The notes beneath the pieces are model-generated. The model did no database searches. It was not told where the DNA came from and was given only the letters and a program-made list of their open reading frames with translations. From Eledone cirrhosa (Eukaryota): a DNA stretch of 64,000 bases. Within the stretch, counting starts at the first letter, position 1, and each line of letters opens with the position of its first letter. Below are positions 12,815 through 25,833 of this stretch, in pieces. The stretch is taken from NCBI GenBank assembly GCA_964016885.1, contig OZ024740.1, positions 42,780,001-42,844,000 on the forward strand, read 5' to 3'. A program made the translations under genes and the position numbers.

Positions 12815-14372
12815 CTGAAATAACAGCCTTCTATATGGGATTAAAATTTAGCTCAACAATAGGAGCCGTTAAATATTATATTTAGAGTTATAAACTCAAA
12901 CCGTCTTTTACAATTAATTAGCTCAAAGAAAGAAGCATTTCTGAGCCGTGAAATACAAGTTAATATAAATTAATATATGATAAACACCAATATAAACATA
13001 TAAGCGTTTGTATTGTAAATGACCAAGTTAGCTAGATTGAAAAATACTAATTAGATTAATACAGTTTGCCTGTCTCGATTTAAAATAATAAATCAATAAA
13101 AAAAAACCCATATTGGCAATAGCCGTGATAACTGGACAAATTTAAATTTCAAAATCCAAACCTGTTCCGCAGACAAATTTAAATTTCAAAACCCGAATAA
13201 GTTTCGCAACGATAATTTAAATAAGTGAAAAATCCCAATTCCTGTGGTCATCAACAGGTATCCAGAAATTAGCATGTTTCACCTCGAAATATTTTTGGAG
13301 GACTGGTAGTCAAGTGCTAACGCACGTGGTTTTCCAGCTCCTAGCTAGCCCCATACTCATGCTGCTAGAAATAAAAGCCTTCTATATGGGATTAAAATTT
13401 AGCTCAACAACAGGAGCCGTTAAATATTATATTTAGAGTTATAAACTCAAACAGTCTTTTACAATTAATTAGCTCAAATTATCGTTGCGAAACTTATTTG
13501 GGCTTTGAAATTTAAATATGTCTGCGGAACAGGTTTGGATTTTGAAATTTTAATCTGTCCAGGTATCACGGCTATTGCCAATATGGGTTTTTTTTTATTG
13601 ATTTATTATTTTAAATCGAGACAGGCAAACTGTATTAATCTAATTAGTATTTTTCAATCTAGCTAACTTGGTCATTTACAATACAAACGCTTATATGTTT
13701 ATATTGGTGTTTATCATATATTAATTTATATTAACTTGTATTTCACGGCTCAGAAATGCTTCTTTCTTTGAACTAATTAATTGTAAAAGACTGTTTGAGT
13801 TTATAACTCTAAATATAATATTTAACGGCTCCTGTTGTTGAGCTAAATTTTAATCCCATATAGAAGGCTGTTATTTCTAGCAGCATGAGTATGGGGCTAA
13901 CTAGGAGCTGGAAAACCACGTGCGTTAGCACTTGACTACCAGTCCTCCAAAAATATTTCGAGGTGAAACATGCTAATTTCTGGATACCTGATGATGACCA
14001 CAGGAATTGGGATTTTTCACTTTTTTTAATTATCGTTGCGGAACTTATTTGGGTTTTGAAATTTAAATTTGTCTGCGGAACAGGTTTGGATTTTGAAATT
14101 TAAATTTGTCCAGGTATCACGGCTATTGCCAATATGGTGGTATTTTTATTGATTTATTATTTTAAATCGAGATAGGCAAACTGTATTAATCTAATTAGTA
14201 TTTTTCAAACTAGCTAACTTGATCTTATCAATACAAACACTTACATGTTTATATTGGTGTTTATCATATATTAATTCATATTAACTTGTATTTCACGGCT
14301 CAGAAATGCTTCTTTCTTTGAGCTAATTAATTGTAAAAGACTGTTTGAGTATATAACTCTAAATATAATATA
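12815..14372. mobile_element. Tandem-plus-inverted array of a ~550-bp unit with a degenerate HHR (retrozyme/pLTR-like)
   Basis: The unit at 12817 repeats at 13368, inverts at ~13478, and is followed by ~1.6 opposite-strand units. GAUACCUG/CAGGUAUC helix I flanks a (U/A)UGAUGA...GUC core at 13983-14118. Confidence 0.75.
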
Positions 14373-14539
14373 TATATATATATATATGGGGTAACAAGTT
14401 ATCGTTATAGGTAATCCAGTTAGAGTACTCCACGTCGTGGATAGTTTTAACGTGCGGCTTTGTTTGACTCAACAAGATGTTTTCATAGCTATGCAGCGAG
14501 TCCGCGGTAATTACTATGCAGGTTATAATTGGAGTAACA

Positions 14540-14638
14540 AGTTAAAGAAAGAAGAGTAACATCGTAGGCTGTACAATAAGGGTTTTATTTATAAATAAAA
14601 CGCTTATTGCACAGCCTACCATATTACACTTCTTTCTT

Positions 14639-14643
<5 letters not shown>
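14540..14643. repeat. ~50-bp-arm terminal hairpin of a ~255-bp insert (14388-14643) between (TA)n tracts
   Basis: agttaaagaaagaag...ttttatt pairs with aataaaa...cttctttctttaact. Confidence 0.75.
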
Positions 14644-14705
<62 letters not shown>

Positions 14706-14708
<3 letters not shown>

Positions 14709-15004
14709 AAAATGATTTTTTTTTAAAAGACAAAAGAACAAGATGTCCTACATGAGTAAAAGTATAAGGATGAAGATGAAATCGAAAATGCAACTGGAGT
14801 CTTTTTAAGAAGTTGTTTCCTTTACCAGTTTCACAGTTCTTATGCTTTTCAAAAGTTTATGATTTTTCTCGCATATGCGAGAAAAACCACAAACCCTCCA
14901 TCTCAATTCTACCTTTGAAAAGCATAAGAACTGTGAAACCGGTAAAGGAAAGAAAGAAATATTCTTAAAAAGACTCGTGTTGCATTTTCGATTACATCTT
15001 TTTT

Positions 15005-15008
<4 letters not shown>
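14706..15008. mobile_element. Fold-back element with U3-A8 HHR motifs (+ 14911-14948, - 14819-14856); same family at ~62800-63022 (HHR 62844-62881)
   Basis: Inverted arms centred on tctcgcatatgcgaga. Motif UUGAAAA GCA(G)..CUG(C/U) GAAA CCGG UA. Confidence 0.75.
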
Positions 15009-15076
<68 letters not shown>

Positions 15077-15079
<3 letters not shown>

Positions 15080-16050
15080 GTTATAATAATAAATTTGAAG
15101 ACTAAAATCCAAAGAGGGCTCGAGAAGTATTTATACCATTACTTATTCTGTATGTTTTGTGAAGGTACATATACTTTCTCGTACGTATATTTGTTTGTAT
15201 ATGTTATGGCGTATAATTTTGTTTCTGGTACATGTGATTTGGTTATGTGTATACGGGAGTTTTGAGTCTGTGTGAGTATGCAGGTTCGTACGTATGTAGG
15301 GTGTGTGTATATGTGTAGTCATGTTTTGGTTGACATCGTCTCCGAACATTTTTGTATTTACATGTAGGTATGCGTGTGCGCTTGTTATGTACGTATTTAT
15401 TTATTTATATACGTTTATTTAATTATTTATTTATTTGTATACACGCACACACACACACATACACATATTTATATGTCCGTGGTTTTGTATACCTATGGCA
15501 AGTGTTTTCGCGTATGCTTGTGTATGTACGTATTTGAATGCGTGTATGTATTTATTTAATTTCTAATACCTCTGTATTGTATTTTTTTACTTTATTCTTA
15601 ACTCTGAAGCGGAAATTCATTCGGGTTCCTAGTTAGAATTTTAGTCAAGGATTTAAGCTATACCATTTACGTGGTTTTGTCTCTGCGTGCAATTGTCCTC
15701 CATGCTCCACATATGACGTATTATATTCGTTTCTTCCGTTCATTGCCAGAGAACGTCTCTATGAACCACCAAAGAGAACATTAGTCTACGACTTCTTTTA
15801 TACCATAAACGTGGTTATGTCTTTGCGCGTAATTGTTTTTCACCGCTCCTATTAATAACGTATTATATTGGTTTTTTGCCGTTCTTTGCCAGGGAACGTT
15901 TCCACGAACCAAAGTATCGTCTTCCTGTCTTCCTCCAGTTGCAACGTTTTTTGAAATATCAACTTCTGCGTTTACACATTGACTTTGTTAGTTTCAGAAG
16001 ATCCCGTTAGGGTGAAAGCAGCGATTCTTTTCTTAAACTTTAATCTGTTA

Positions 16051-16057
<7 letters not shown>
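15077..16057 (+). mobile_element. 3' fragment (pLTR) of the Naiad-like family with a short inverted terminus at 15077-15125
   Basis: Matches 23480-24378 and 50240-50948. Flanked by (TA)n. Confidence 0.85.
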
Positions 16058-16130
<73 letters not shown>

Positions 16131-16134
<4 letters not shown>

Positions 16135-17870
16135 ATACTTTGGGAGAGTCATGTTGCCAATAAGAAACACACGCACCAGTTGCTTTCACTTCAATTTACC
16201 ATATATCCATAAATCCACAAATTCACAAATCTACAAACCCACAAATTTCCGGTTGGCCGGTTGGCCCCACAACCAGACAGTTGTTTATACATAGTCACAG
16301 TCCCCTCGTCGCACACCCTGCGACCCCCTCAGTGACCGGGGACTCCCCCCTGCCTCTGCGCCCCTCCTTTCCCCCATCCCACGCCACCCTGTTTCTGTGT
16401 GTGTGCCGTGCGCTGAGCCCGCGCATTCGCCACATCCGGGCGTCCGTGCGTGCCTGTGTTCATCCATCCATTTGTCCATTTATTTATTTATTGTTGGTTG
16501 GTTGCCCGTTCCATGTGTGTGTGTGTGCCTTCACTTTGCCCTGTGTGTGTTTTCATTTTGCCCCCAACTGCAAGCTGCGATGCCGCTGCTCCACTCACAT
16601 TTTCCCTCCAATTTTGGTTGTAATTCTTTTACGCCCACTGCCTCTGTAATTTGCCTAAACACTGCATCCTCTCTGCGTGCGGATTCTACTTTTATTTCCA
16701 TGTTCTCCAATCTACCCCTGTGCTCCATCCCAGCATGTTGGCAGAGCACAGATGACCCTCCACTATCCTGAAGGTCTCGCCAGTGTTCATCCACCCGCTC
16801 CCCCACACCACGAGCCGTCTCACCTATGTAAACCATACCTTTGTTTCCATATTGTCCATGGGGGCGAACTGGCCTACAAATTTAGAGGGGCCCTGGGTAA
16901 ACATAAACTCAATGTTAAGATGGTGGAAGGACCAGGTGCCTCCGTAGGGACACTTATTGGCAAGACATGCCCGTTCCAGGGGCCCTCATGTATAGATGGG
17001 AGATGTGTGGCCTGTAAAATAGGCCCCCATGTTAACTGTGGGGCTAGAAATGTGGTGTGTGGCATAGGATGTGCTGAGGGACAATGTGGAAACAAAGGTA
17101 TGGTGTACATAGGTGAGACGGCTCGTGGTGTGGGGGAGCGGGTGGGTGAACACTGGCGAGACCTTCAGGATAGTGGAGGGTCATCTGTGCTCTGCCAACA
17201 TGCTGGGATGGAGCACAGGGGTAGATTGGAGAACATGGAAATGAAAGTAGAATCCGCATGCAGAGAGGATGCAGTGTTTAGGCAAATTACAGAGGCAGTG
17301 GGCGTAAAAGAATTACAACCAAAATTGGAGGGAAAATGTGAGTGGAGCAGCGGCATCGCAGCTTGCAGTTGGGGGCAAAATGAAAACACACACAGGGCAA
17401 AGTGAAGGCACACACACACATGGAACGGGCAACCAACCAACAATAAATAAATAAATAAATGGACAAATGGATGGATGAACACAGGCACGCACGGACGCCC
17501 GGATGTGGCGCATGCGCAGGCTGAGCGCACGGCACACACACAGAAACAGGGTGGCGTGGGATGGGGGAAAGGAGGGGCGCAGAGGCAGGAGGGAGAGTCC
17601 CCGGTCACTGAGGGGGTCGCAGGGTGTGTGACGAGGGGACTGTGACTATGTATAAACAACTGTCTGGTTGTGGGGCCAACCGGCCAACCGGAAATTTGTG
17701 GGTTTGTAGATTTGTGAATTTGTGGATTTATCGATATATGGTAAATTGAAGTGAAAGCAACTGGTGCGTGTGTTTCTTATTGGCAACATGACCCTCCCAA
17801 AGTATAACAAAATCGGTTTCAACACACGATTTCAGATAAAGAATCTTGCTAAACAAATTCAGAAACGAAA
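16131..17870. mobile_element. PLE 3' fragment forming a ~730-bp inverted repeat (16131-16857 / 17079-17809); GC-rich and apparently A-to-G hypermutated
   Basis: The arms are near-perfect reverse complements. The homologous AT-richer copy is at 59545-60060 (-) and the terminus recurs at 9110-9190. Flanked by (TA)n. Confidence 0.9.
16860..17405 (+). pseudogene. GIY-YIG endonuclease C-terminal fragment of a PLE
   Basis: Cys linker CIDGRCVAC, NVVC.I.C, VYIGETAR...RVGEH, H, and R.I.EA......P.L motifs. The first part of the 242-aa predicted ORF only reads the inverted arm. Confidence 0.8.
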
Positions 17871-18126
17871 TATATATATATATATTATTATGTATATAAT
17901 TTAACCACCAATGGTTATTCCTCTAGCAATTACAAGAAATAATAATAGTATTATTGATAATAATGATGTACTGCCTTTTACCTCAAACTAAAAACACAAT
18001 TATTTACAAATTTGCACGTAAAACCTGCTTCGTGTACGTTCTTCGTCATAAGCTTGGCAATGTCCAACATTTGATACTGTGTGTGTTCGTAAAATTTGTA
18101 TTTGGTTAATTGTTATCTCTTTTCAT

Positions 18127-18257
18127 AATTCCTGATGATATGCGCATGTTATATGAATTATCTTTTGTGTAAATAATTGCTAATTAACTGTTTCTGATAA
18201 CTTATTGTTTACATATGCATGTACCTTTATCACTTATATAGAAACGAACGTTGAAAT
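18127..18257 (+). ncRNA. Putative hammerhead ribozyme with a ~100-nt helix II insertion
   Basis: UUC CUGAUGA UAUG...UAUA GAAA CGAACG UU GAA, inside a ~400-bp insert between (TA)n tracts. Confidence 0.55.
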
Positions 18258-18281
18258 AAAAAAAATGGATTTATGCAGTTA

Positions 18282-18324
<43 letters not shown>

Positions 18325-18333
18325 GATGAAGAA

Positions 18334-18387
<54 letters not shown>

Positions 18388-18389
<2 letters not shown>

Positions 18390-18586
18390 TGGTTACACAA
18401 CAGTTAGTTCACCATACCGAGAACAATTGTTTCACCTTTGCGGATCTTCATCCCGAGCTGAAGATCCGCGAAGGTAAAACAATTGTTCTCGGTAGGGTGA
18501 ACTAACTGTTGTGTAACCACTTCTACCTAACTCGTCCCTTGGACTGAGTGCTCTACCACTACGGATATTACCTTCCAGTGCTGCAC

Positions 18587-18590
<4 letters not shown>
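18388..18590. mobile_element. Small fold-back element with HHR (+ 18453-18492)
   Basis: Arms 18388-18450 / 18459-18521. Motif CCGAG CUGAAGA UCC..GGU AAAA CAAUUG UU CUCGG, with GAAA preserved in the other arm. Confidence 0.78.
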
Positions 18591-18657
<67 letters not shown>

Positions 18658-19492
18658 TGTGTGTAAGTTTGTATGTGCTTATGTTACATATATGTATACT
18701 CAATGAGAATATTTCGACAGTATATTCGAAGTTTCGGTTTCAGACGGCCTCGTCAGAGAGTTGCTTACTGTTTGGTTTGTTCCATTAGTTGTGTAACTGT
18801 TCATTATAGGTAGGGCTTATAACATATTTATTTGGTAGAGTTTAATTTAGTGTGGACTTTTATTGCAGAGTTTATAAATCTCTAAATTATAGATAGGATT
18901 TCTTGATTACAGCATAATTAATTGGGACACTGAATAGGTAGCTGTGAACTGTTTGTTAGTGGTGAACACGAGAAAATCTATTTGGTAGAATAAAATATGT
19001 GAGAAAGATGGTGAAGTAGGAGAGATAGCAGGGGTAAGAAAGAGATGAATAGTTTTCTTTGATCAAACAGGAAGAAATGATAGGAGTTAAAAAGAGAAGG
19101 ATATTGTAAGTTACAGAAAAAATATGAGAGCTTCAAAGTTGTGTATATGGTTATATTCTATTCATTACTTTCCTACGTGTCAAATAAAATTATATACTTT
19201 GCACTAAATTTATCCCGCATTAAATTCTTTAGTGATTTGGAAACGATGTATATTTCTTTATTGGCATTGGGTTTGTATTTAGAATTTAGAATTGGTTGTG
19301 AAAACAGATTATCGTTTCAAGTATTTAAGAAAGTGCCACTTGGCATCAAAATAAGATTTATATATGTCACTCTTCAGTCAAGCGTTAAGTTATACTTCTA
19401 AGAGATAGTATGGTAACTGAAATAGTTTTTTTTTTTTTAAATAATTTCTTTGTTGATAAGCTTAGTAAAAACTGAAACTCTGTCTGTTAAGA

Positions 19493-19965
19493 GGGTGAGT
19501 GTTCCAGTTGATGCGATCAGCGGAACAGCATGTGCGTTAAATTAATGTGCGTGGCCGAAAATTTCACAAACATGTGTACTTTTAACGTAGTTCTCAGGGA
19601 TATTCAGAGGGACACGAAATGTGACAAGGTTGATGCTTCGAATTGCAGGTACAACAGATTTGTGTCTCAGCTGAGTGAACTCGAGCAACATGAAATAAAT
19701 GTTTCTACGTTAGGCACAAGGCCAGCAATTACCCAGTGCATTACTGGTACTTTATTTTATCGACCCCGTAAGGATGAAAGGCAAAGTTAACCTCGGCGGG
19801 ATTTGAACTCAGAATGGCAAGGGCCGTAACTCTATACGTCAAAGCATGGCGTCCGACCCTCTACCGATACTGCCAATCCACCGCCTCGAGCAACATGAAA
19901 TAATATATTTTGCTCAGGGACACACCGAGCTGCTGGAAATCGAAATTATGACCTTATGATTACTG
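19493..19965 (-). mobile_element. Second SINE family interrupted by a nested first-family SINE; relatives at ~27889-28160 (+), 33065-33390 (-), 60226-60300 (+)
   Basis: The second SINE's sequence resumes after 19887 with tcgagcaacatgaaataa duplicated on both sides of the nested copy (TSD-like). Confidence 0.7.
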
Positions 19966-20019
19966 CCAAGTATATATATATTTTTAATACAACAGGTATT
20001 TAAGACTATTCAACAGAAT

Positions 20020-20940
20020 TCGTAATATAATCGGCTTGTCTCCCCACAACCCTGGCGGACAGAATAGAGAAGGCGTTTCCCGGGAGGACGGCAAGGGAGA
20101 CGCGCTGGAAAAGCCATCCAGCTCGCTGGGCTCACACCTGCGGCTGGCCAGTTCAGTGCCTATGGTAGTGAGAAGGGAGGTAGCCCTAGGGCCGAGGACA
20201 CCAGGAGTCTCCACTGAGAATCATTAGAACATCTGACTGATAAAATTACAATTCAGTTAATCATATTGGTGGCCTCCCCACAGCCCCTGCGGACAGAGAG
20301 CCAAACCACTAAGCCACGCTCCTTCACATTAGTTTAGTAACTATTTAAGTAAGAACCATTTACTAGAAGATTATGATTTTAGTATCTATCACCGTTCTTA
20401 TTAGATTTCCTCTGACAACCTGTCAAGCATCAGAGTTTCATTGATATAGTTGTTTGAATGTAGATGTTTCTGTGGTATAATAGTGTGCATATTTCTTTGT
20501 ACAGTGAATGGGTTGAAATCCGTAAAACCAACGGATGGGAGCTACCATGTCTCCCTGTAGAGATAGGTTTCAGAGGATCTGTCAGAACTAGGGCTGTCAC
20601 GATGATTAGGGAACTTAGATTGAGGGCAAAAGAAAGAATATACCTTTCGATGGCATTATCAGCGGGAGCTGAGAAAGCGAATCATTACATCTGCCTAAAT
20701 TTAGAAGAAAGAAGAAGCGCCTGGCATATTAAAGTGGTTGGAGACATCTCGCTCGGAGGAGTTACAACACAACACCAGATTCATCGTATACTGTGCGGTT
20801 GTGCAGAAGTTTGACCTATATCAGCGGGTTGCTCTGGTGTCGTGGCCGAAGGTGCTGAAACATCTAAAGAGGTACTTTAATACCTGATGATTCATCCACT
20901 CCTCCATTTGCAGATGGGTTACAGCAGCAACATCATTGTA
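20020..20940 (+). mobile_element. Internally deleted HERO/R2-like non-LTR retrotransposon (restriction-like endonuclease C-terminus and UTRs)
   Basis: ORF 20464-20814 contains Y.E......GW...CLPVEIGFRG...AE.A..I.L, typical of the RLE tail. Confidence 0.6.
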
Positions 20941-21151
20941 CAAGTACGTTTACCAAGTGTACACATACGTATTTTCGTTCAAATATTCATGTCCTCATAT
21001 ATAGATACATACTCACACATGTCTGTCTATCCAATTCTCTCACTCTGTCTATCTAACTCTCTCTCTCTATATATATATAAATATATATATATATGTATGT
21101 ATACAAATAAACAAACACACACAAACACACACAAACACACACACACACAAG

Positions 21152-21191
<40 letters not shown>

Positions 21192-21416
21192 ACGGAGGAA
21201 ATGTGGTAAGGAACCAGGTGGACCATAACGCACCAAAGTACTCAATACTTAGGGTAGTAGAGTGGAGTCCTACTCGTTCCTATATATATATATATATATA
21301 TATATATGCATATATATATGTACATGTATATATATATGTATTTATGTGTAAGTGTATCTCTATATATATATGTGTGTGTGTGCGTGTATATTTATATATG
21401 TATATATATATATATG

Positions 21417-21481
<65 letters not shown>

Positions 21482-22410
21482 GTATGTATGTGTATACTTA
21501 AATGTAATTAGCTAGTATTTTTAGCAGATTGCTAGACCATGTAGTACATATTATATGTGTTATACAAACATCTGTATGTGTGCATATTTGATATAATTAT
21601 TTCTTAACTTCTAAGAAAAGTACTTTAATCTATGGGAAGTGTTGCAGGATCTAAAATAGTATTGTTGACATGTCCACTAACAACATTTCTAATAATATAG
21701 TATGAATCAATAAACAGATGATAAAATATACAGTTCTTACTAGGTAAATTGTATAAGTTTCCCTTAAGATATCAATTATATTTAACGAATTCAACTGAAA
21801 GTGTGATTCAGAATAAGTGCACAAATTAATAACGTGGAGATATATGACAAAAAAAGAAATCATAGAAGAAACAAATAGAGTATAACATAGAAATACCATG
21901 ATATTAAATAATTATACACATCTAAATATTGCACCAAATGAAACTCCCCACAAAGAAGATCTCTTTCATGAATAGTAACGGAAGGAAACATTACAAAAAT
22001 AAAGTAAAATAAAACCAATAACATAAACATAGTATTTTAGTGCAAAACTGAAGTACAGAAGCAACACATATATATACATTGCGTTCAGAAATATCTACTA
22101 TACTGTCATAATGGTTATATTGGCAAAGAATATAAATTCTCTGATATCTATTTCTGTGTTTCACAACTTAAGTACCACATCACAGCTGGTTCATTGCCAT
22201 TCATTATGTCAAAAGAAAAAATATCAAGCAAAGGAAAGAAGATGTATATATTATTAGATTTCAACACTTTATCGACTATTATAAGTTCGATATATATGTA
22301 ATTAGCAGACTCCCGGCTTCATTCCACAAGATGGTAACATGTGGGTGAGTGTATTGTTGTATTGTCTGTAGGAAAACATTCACTAATTTCTTAGATGAAT
22401 ATATATATAT

Positions 22411-24370
22411 ATAGTAATAATAATAAATTTGAAGACTAAAATCCAAAGAAGGCTCGATAAGGATAAATATATATCAGATATATAATAACCGTAGAGCAAA
22501 TATTTATTAAAATGAAAAATTGAAGCTTAAGCATAGAATCGCTGCTTTCACCCTTAACGGGATCTTCTGAAACTAAAAAAGTTAATCTGAGAACGCAGAA
22601 ATAAATATTTCAAAAAACATTGCAACCGGAGGAAGACATGAAGACGATACTTTGGTTCGTGGAAACATTCCCTGGCAAAGAACGAAAACAAAACGGAGAT
22701 AATACGTCATTATTTGGTGCGGTGAAAACAATTACACACAAAGACAAAACCACATTTATGGTATAAATGAAGTCGATGACTAATATTCTATTAGGTGGTT
22801 CATATGGACGTTCTCTGGCAATGAACAGAAAAAACGTAACATTTTTAATAGAAAACGTAAAAAAGTAAAGTTTTTAATAGAAATACCTTTAAAATTTCTT
22901 ACTCTACGACTCCTAACCTTGCACATCACAACACAGCTTCAAATTTAGCTAAATTTCCTAGCCGTAGGAACACCTGCAACCCTGTAGCTAGTACTAAATC
23001 TAATTGTAGGAATCGGGTTGACTGCCCCCTATCCGGGAAATGCCTCTCTAGTAACATTGTCTAGAAATGTAAGGTTGAAACACCCACGTCCCGTAGGGCC
23101 TACATAGGGTTAACCGCCAATAGATTCAAGCATGCATACCCATTCTTTTCTTAACCCTTTAAGAAGGAATATGACGTCACTTTCATCTTATATCTGGAGT
23201 TTAAAAAACAACCACACCCAATATAAGTTACACTGGGAGATCCTAGCTAGAGCTAGATCGTATAACGGAAATAAACGGCCATGTGACCTCTGCGCCGCCG
23301 AGGCCTTGGAAATACTCTACGCCAAAGACCACATCTTAAACAAAATATTTGAGGCAATTTCGGCTCGTAAACATAAATTGCACAAAACTTTCCTGTATTA
23401 CAGCACCACATTAAACCCTAACGGATAGTACGAACTATATGCGGATATATTGCGTCTTCATGTGGTAGCTAAGTATATGTTATGTTTATACCATTACTTA
23501 TTTGTATAGGTAAGTATATATTACCTGTATGTTTTGTGAAGGTACTTCTCGTACGTATATTTGCTTGTATATGTTATGGCGTATATATTATATATACTGG
23601 TACATGTGCATTTGGTTATGTGTATACGTGAGTTTTGCGTCTGTGTGAGTATGCTGGTTCGTACGTATGTAGGGTGTGTGTATATGTGTACTTTGTGTTC
23701 TGGTTGACGTCGGTCGCGAACAGATGAGTATTTACATGTAGGTATGTGAGCGCCCGTGTTATATACGTGTGTATATGTGTGTATATTTATATATATTATG
23801 TATACACGCACACACATATATATATATATATTTTTATATATATTTTTATGTGTATTTGGTGTATACGTTCGTATATGTGCGGGTACAGGTGTTGCGTGGG
23901 TTCTGTATGTGCGTTCGTGTTTTTTTTGTGTATGTGCTTGTATTTGCATACCCATAGCGAGTGTTTTCGTGTATGATTGTGTATGTACGTATATGGATGC
24001 GTGTATGTATATATTTAATTTCAATTACCTCTGTATTTTATTTACTTTATTCATAACTCTGAAGCCGAGAATCATTCGGTTTCCTAAATAGAATATTAGT
24101 CTACGACTTCATTTATAATACCATAAACGTGGTTTTGTCTTTGCGTGTAATTGTTTTCACCGCACCAAATAATGACGTATTATCTTCGTTTATTTTTTAC
24201 TTCTTTGCCAGGGAACGTTTCCACGAACCAAAGTATCGTCCTCCTGTCTTCCTCCGGTTGCAACGTTTTTTGAAATATTTACTTCTGCGTTCTCAGATTG
24301 ACCATTTTAGTTTCAGAAGATCCCGTTAAGAGTGAAAGCAGCGAGTCTTTGCTTAAACCTTAATCTGTTA

Positions 24371-24378
<8 letters not shown>
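22411..24378. mobile_element. 5'-truncated, inverted copy of the Naiad-like family: minus arm ~22411-22840, plus arm ~22850-24378 with a GIY-YIG fragment (22850-23428)
   Basis: High similarity to 46.9-48.7 kb; encodes CNP..NCRNRVDCPLSGKC, YIGLTA and RPCDLCAAE. Flanked by (TA)n. Confidence 0.9.
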
Positions 24379-24418
<40 letters not shown>

Positions 24419-24602
24419 AAAAGAATCAGGACCCCGCCGGCTAAGAAACGGCCGTTTCAACCGCTAGATCCGAACTAAGGCAGTGCTGGGTTAGGTCGGA
24501 ACAGGGTCCTGACTCTTTACCTATTACCCACTCTACTACCCTAAGTATCGAGTTCTCTGTTGCGTTATGGTCCACCTGATATCTTACCACACTATCTTTG
24601 TT

Positions 24603-24642
<40 letters not shown>

Positions 24643-24684
24643 TATATATATAATTTTTTATTTATGTATATATATATATATATA

Positions 24685-24800
24685 TTAGTAAAAAGGAAAG
24701 GAAAATGGTGACAAATTTCTTTACAGTGAAAAATTTGTCAGCATTTTCTTTTCCTTTTTACTAATATATCACAACTCGTGTGTCACACCTCTATTTTTTG

Positions 24801-24805
<5 letters not shown>
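24685..24805. repeat. Small hairpin insert between (TA)n tracts
   Basis: tagtaaaaaggaaaggaaaatggtgacaaattt pairs with aaatttgtcagcattttcttttcctttttacta, followed by a short tail. Confidence 0.7.
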
Positions 24806-24847
<42 letters not shown>

Positions 24848-25548
24848 AGTGGTATGCTCAGAAGCGGAGATACTAGAAAATAGCTTTTAGAATAGGGTGA
24901 AGTCCCTTAGAATCAGGGCTCGCATCCTCCAATTATCGGCTGCAAGATACGTGGTTTGATTCTACATAGCGTCCGAAGTATGTATATGTATATGTGTGCG
25001 TTATGTGGGTAACCACAGTTACAGGCGGCGTACCGTCGAAGCACTCGATGCTCTTATAAGGTCGTCTTTATGTGTGTTGTATTCCAGTGTTACGGCTGTA
25101 GTGTGCAGAGTGTAAATAGAATTAAAATAATTGAAGTCAGTGTTGTAGCATATGTGCAATCTTTGCATATTACAATTGTCTCGATATCGATCAGCTTAGG
25201 GTACAATCAAGGAGACATTTCAGCAGGTATGCGAGCTTATATGTGCAAAGACATATCTAAACCGTTGACAGAAGTCCCGAGATCCATTTATATACATTTA
25301 TTAGTGGGTTTGTGGGATTGGCGGTGGTAAAGTAGGTTTAGATTTATATATATATTTAAATTGAAGAAAACCAAGGTATTAAAATTAAATCCAGAACTTT
25401 AACCTTCAGAAGATTCTTTCGATTGTGTATAAATTACTACTTACTGCAGACCTTAAGCGCGTATTATGCCCTTCACATCTTACCAAAAATTAGTAGTGGA
25501 CTATTCCATTATAATTACTTACACACACACATACGCAAGCACATATCG

Positions 25549-25586
<38 letters not shown>

Positions 25587-25589
<3 letters not shown>

Positions 25590-25790
25590 AACGAGTAGGA
25601 TCCCGACGGCTGAGCTCAAACCGTTTCGACTGCTAATTCTGGACTAAATCATTTAGTCCAGAATTAGCCGTCGAAACGGCTTGAGCCCGGCCGTCGGGGC
25701 CCTACTCGTTCCTATTACCCACTCTACTACCCTTAGTATTGAGTACTTTGGTGCGTTATGGTCCATCTGGTTTCTTACCACATTTCCTTC

Positions 25791-25795
<5 letters not shown>
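25587..25795. mobile_element. Small fold-back element; relatives at 9285-9428, 21190-21280, 24417-24602 and ~61830-61880
   Basis: Shared ggaaatgtggtaaggaaccaggtggaccataacgcaccaaagtactc sequence. Contains the 3' half of an HHR (GAAA CGGC..GCCG UC). Copies are flanked by (TA)n. Confidence 0.75.

Positions 25796-25833
<38 letters not shown>

Noticed and set aside
18700-19490. Possible decayed minus-strand PLE with CUGACGA...GAAA near 18715-18760
   Set aside because: Helices I and III do not pair convincingly and no protein motif could be recovered.
20884-20900. CTGATGA here and at ~7953 as hammerhead cores
   Set aside because: No appropriately placed GAAA or flanking helices.
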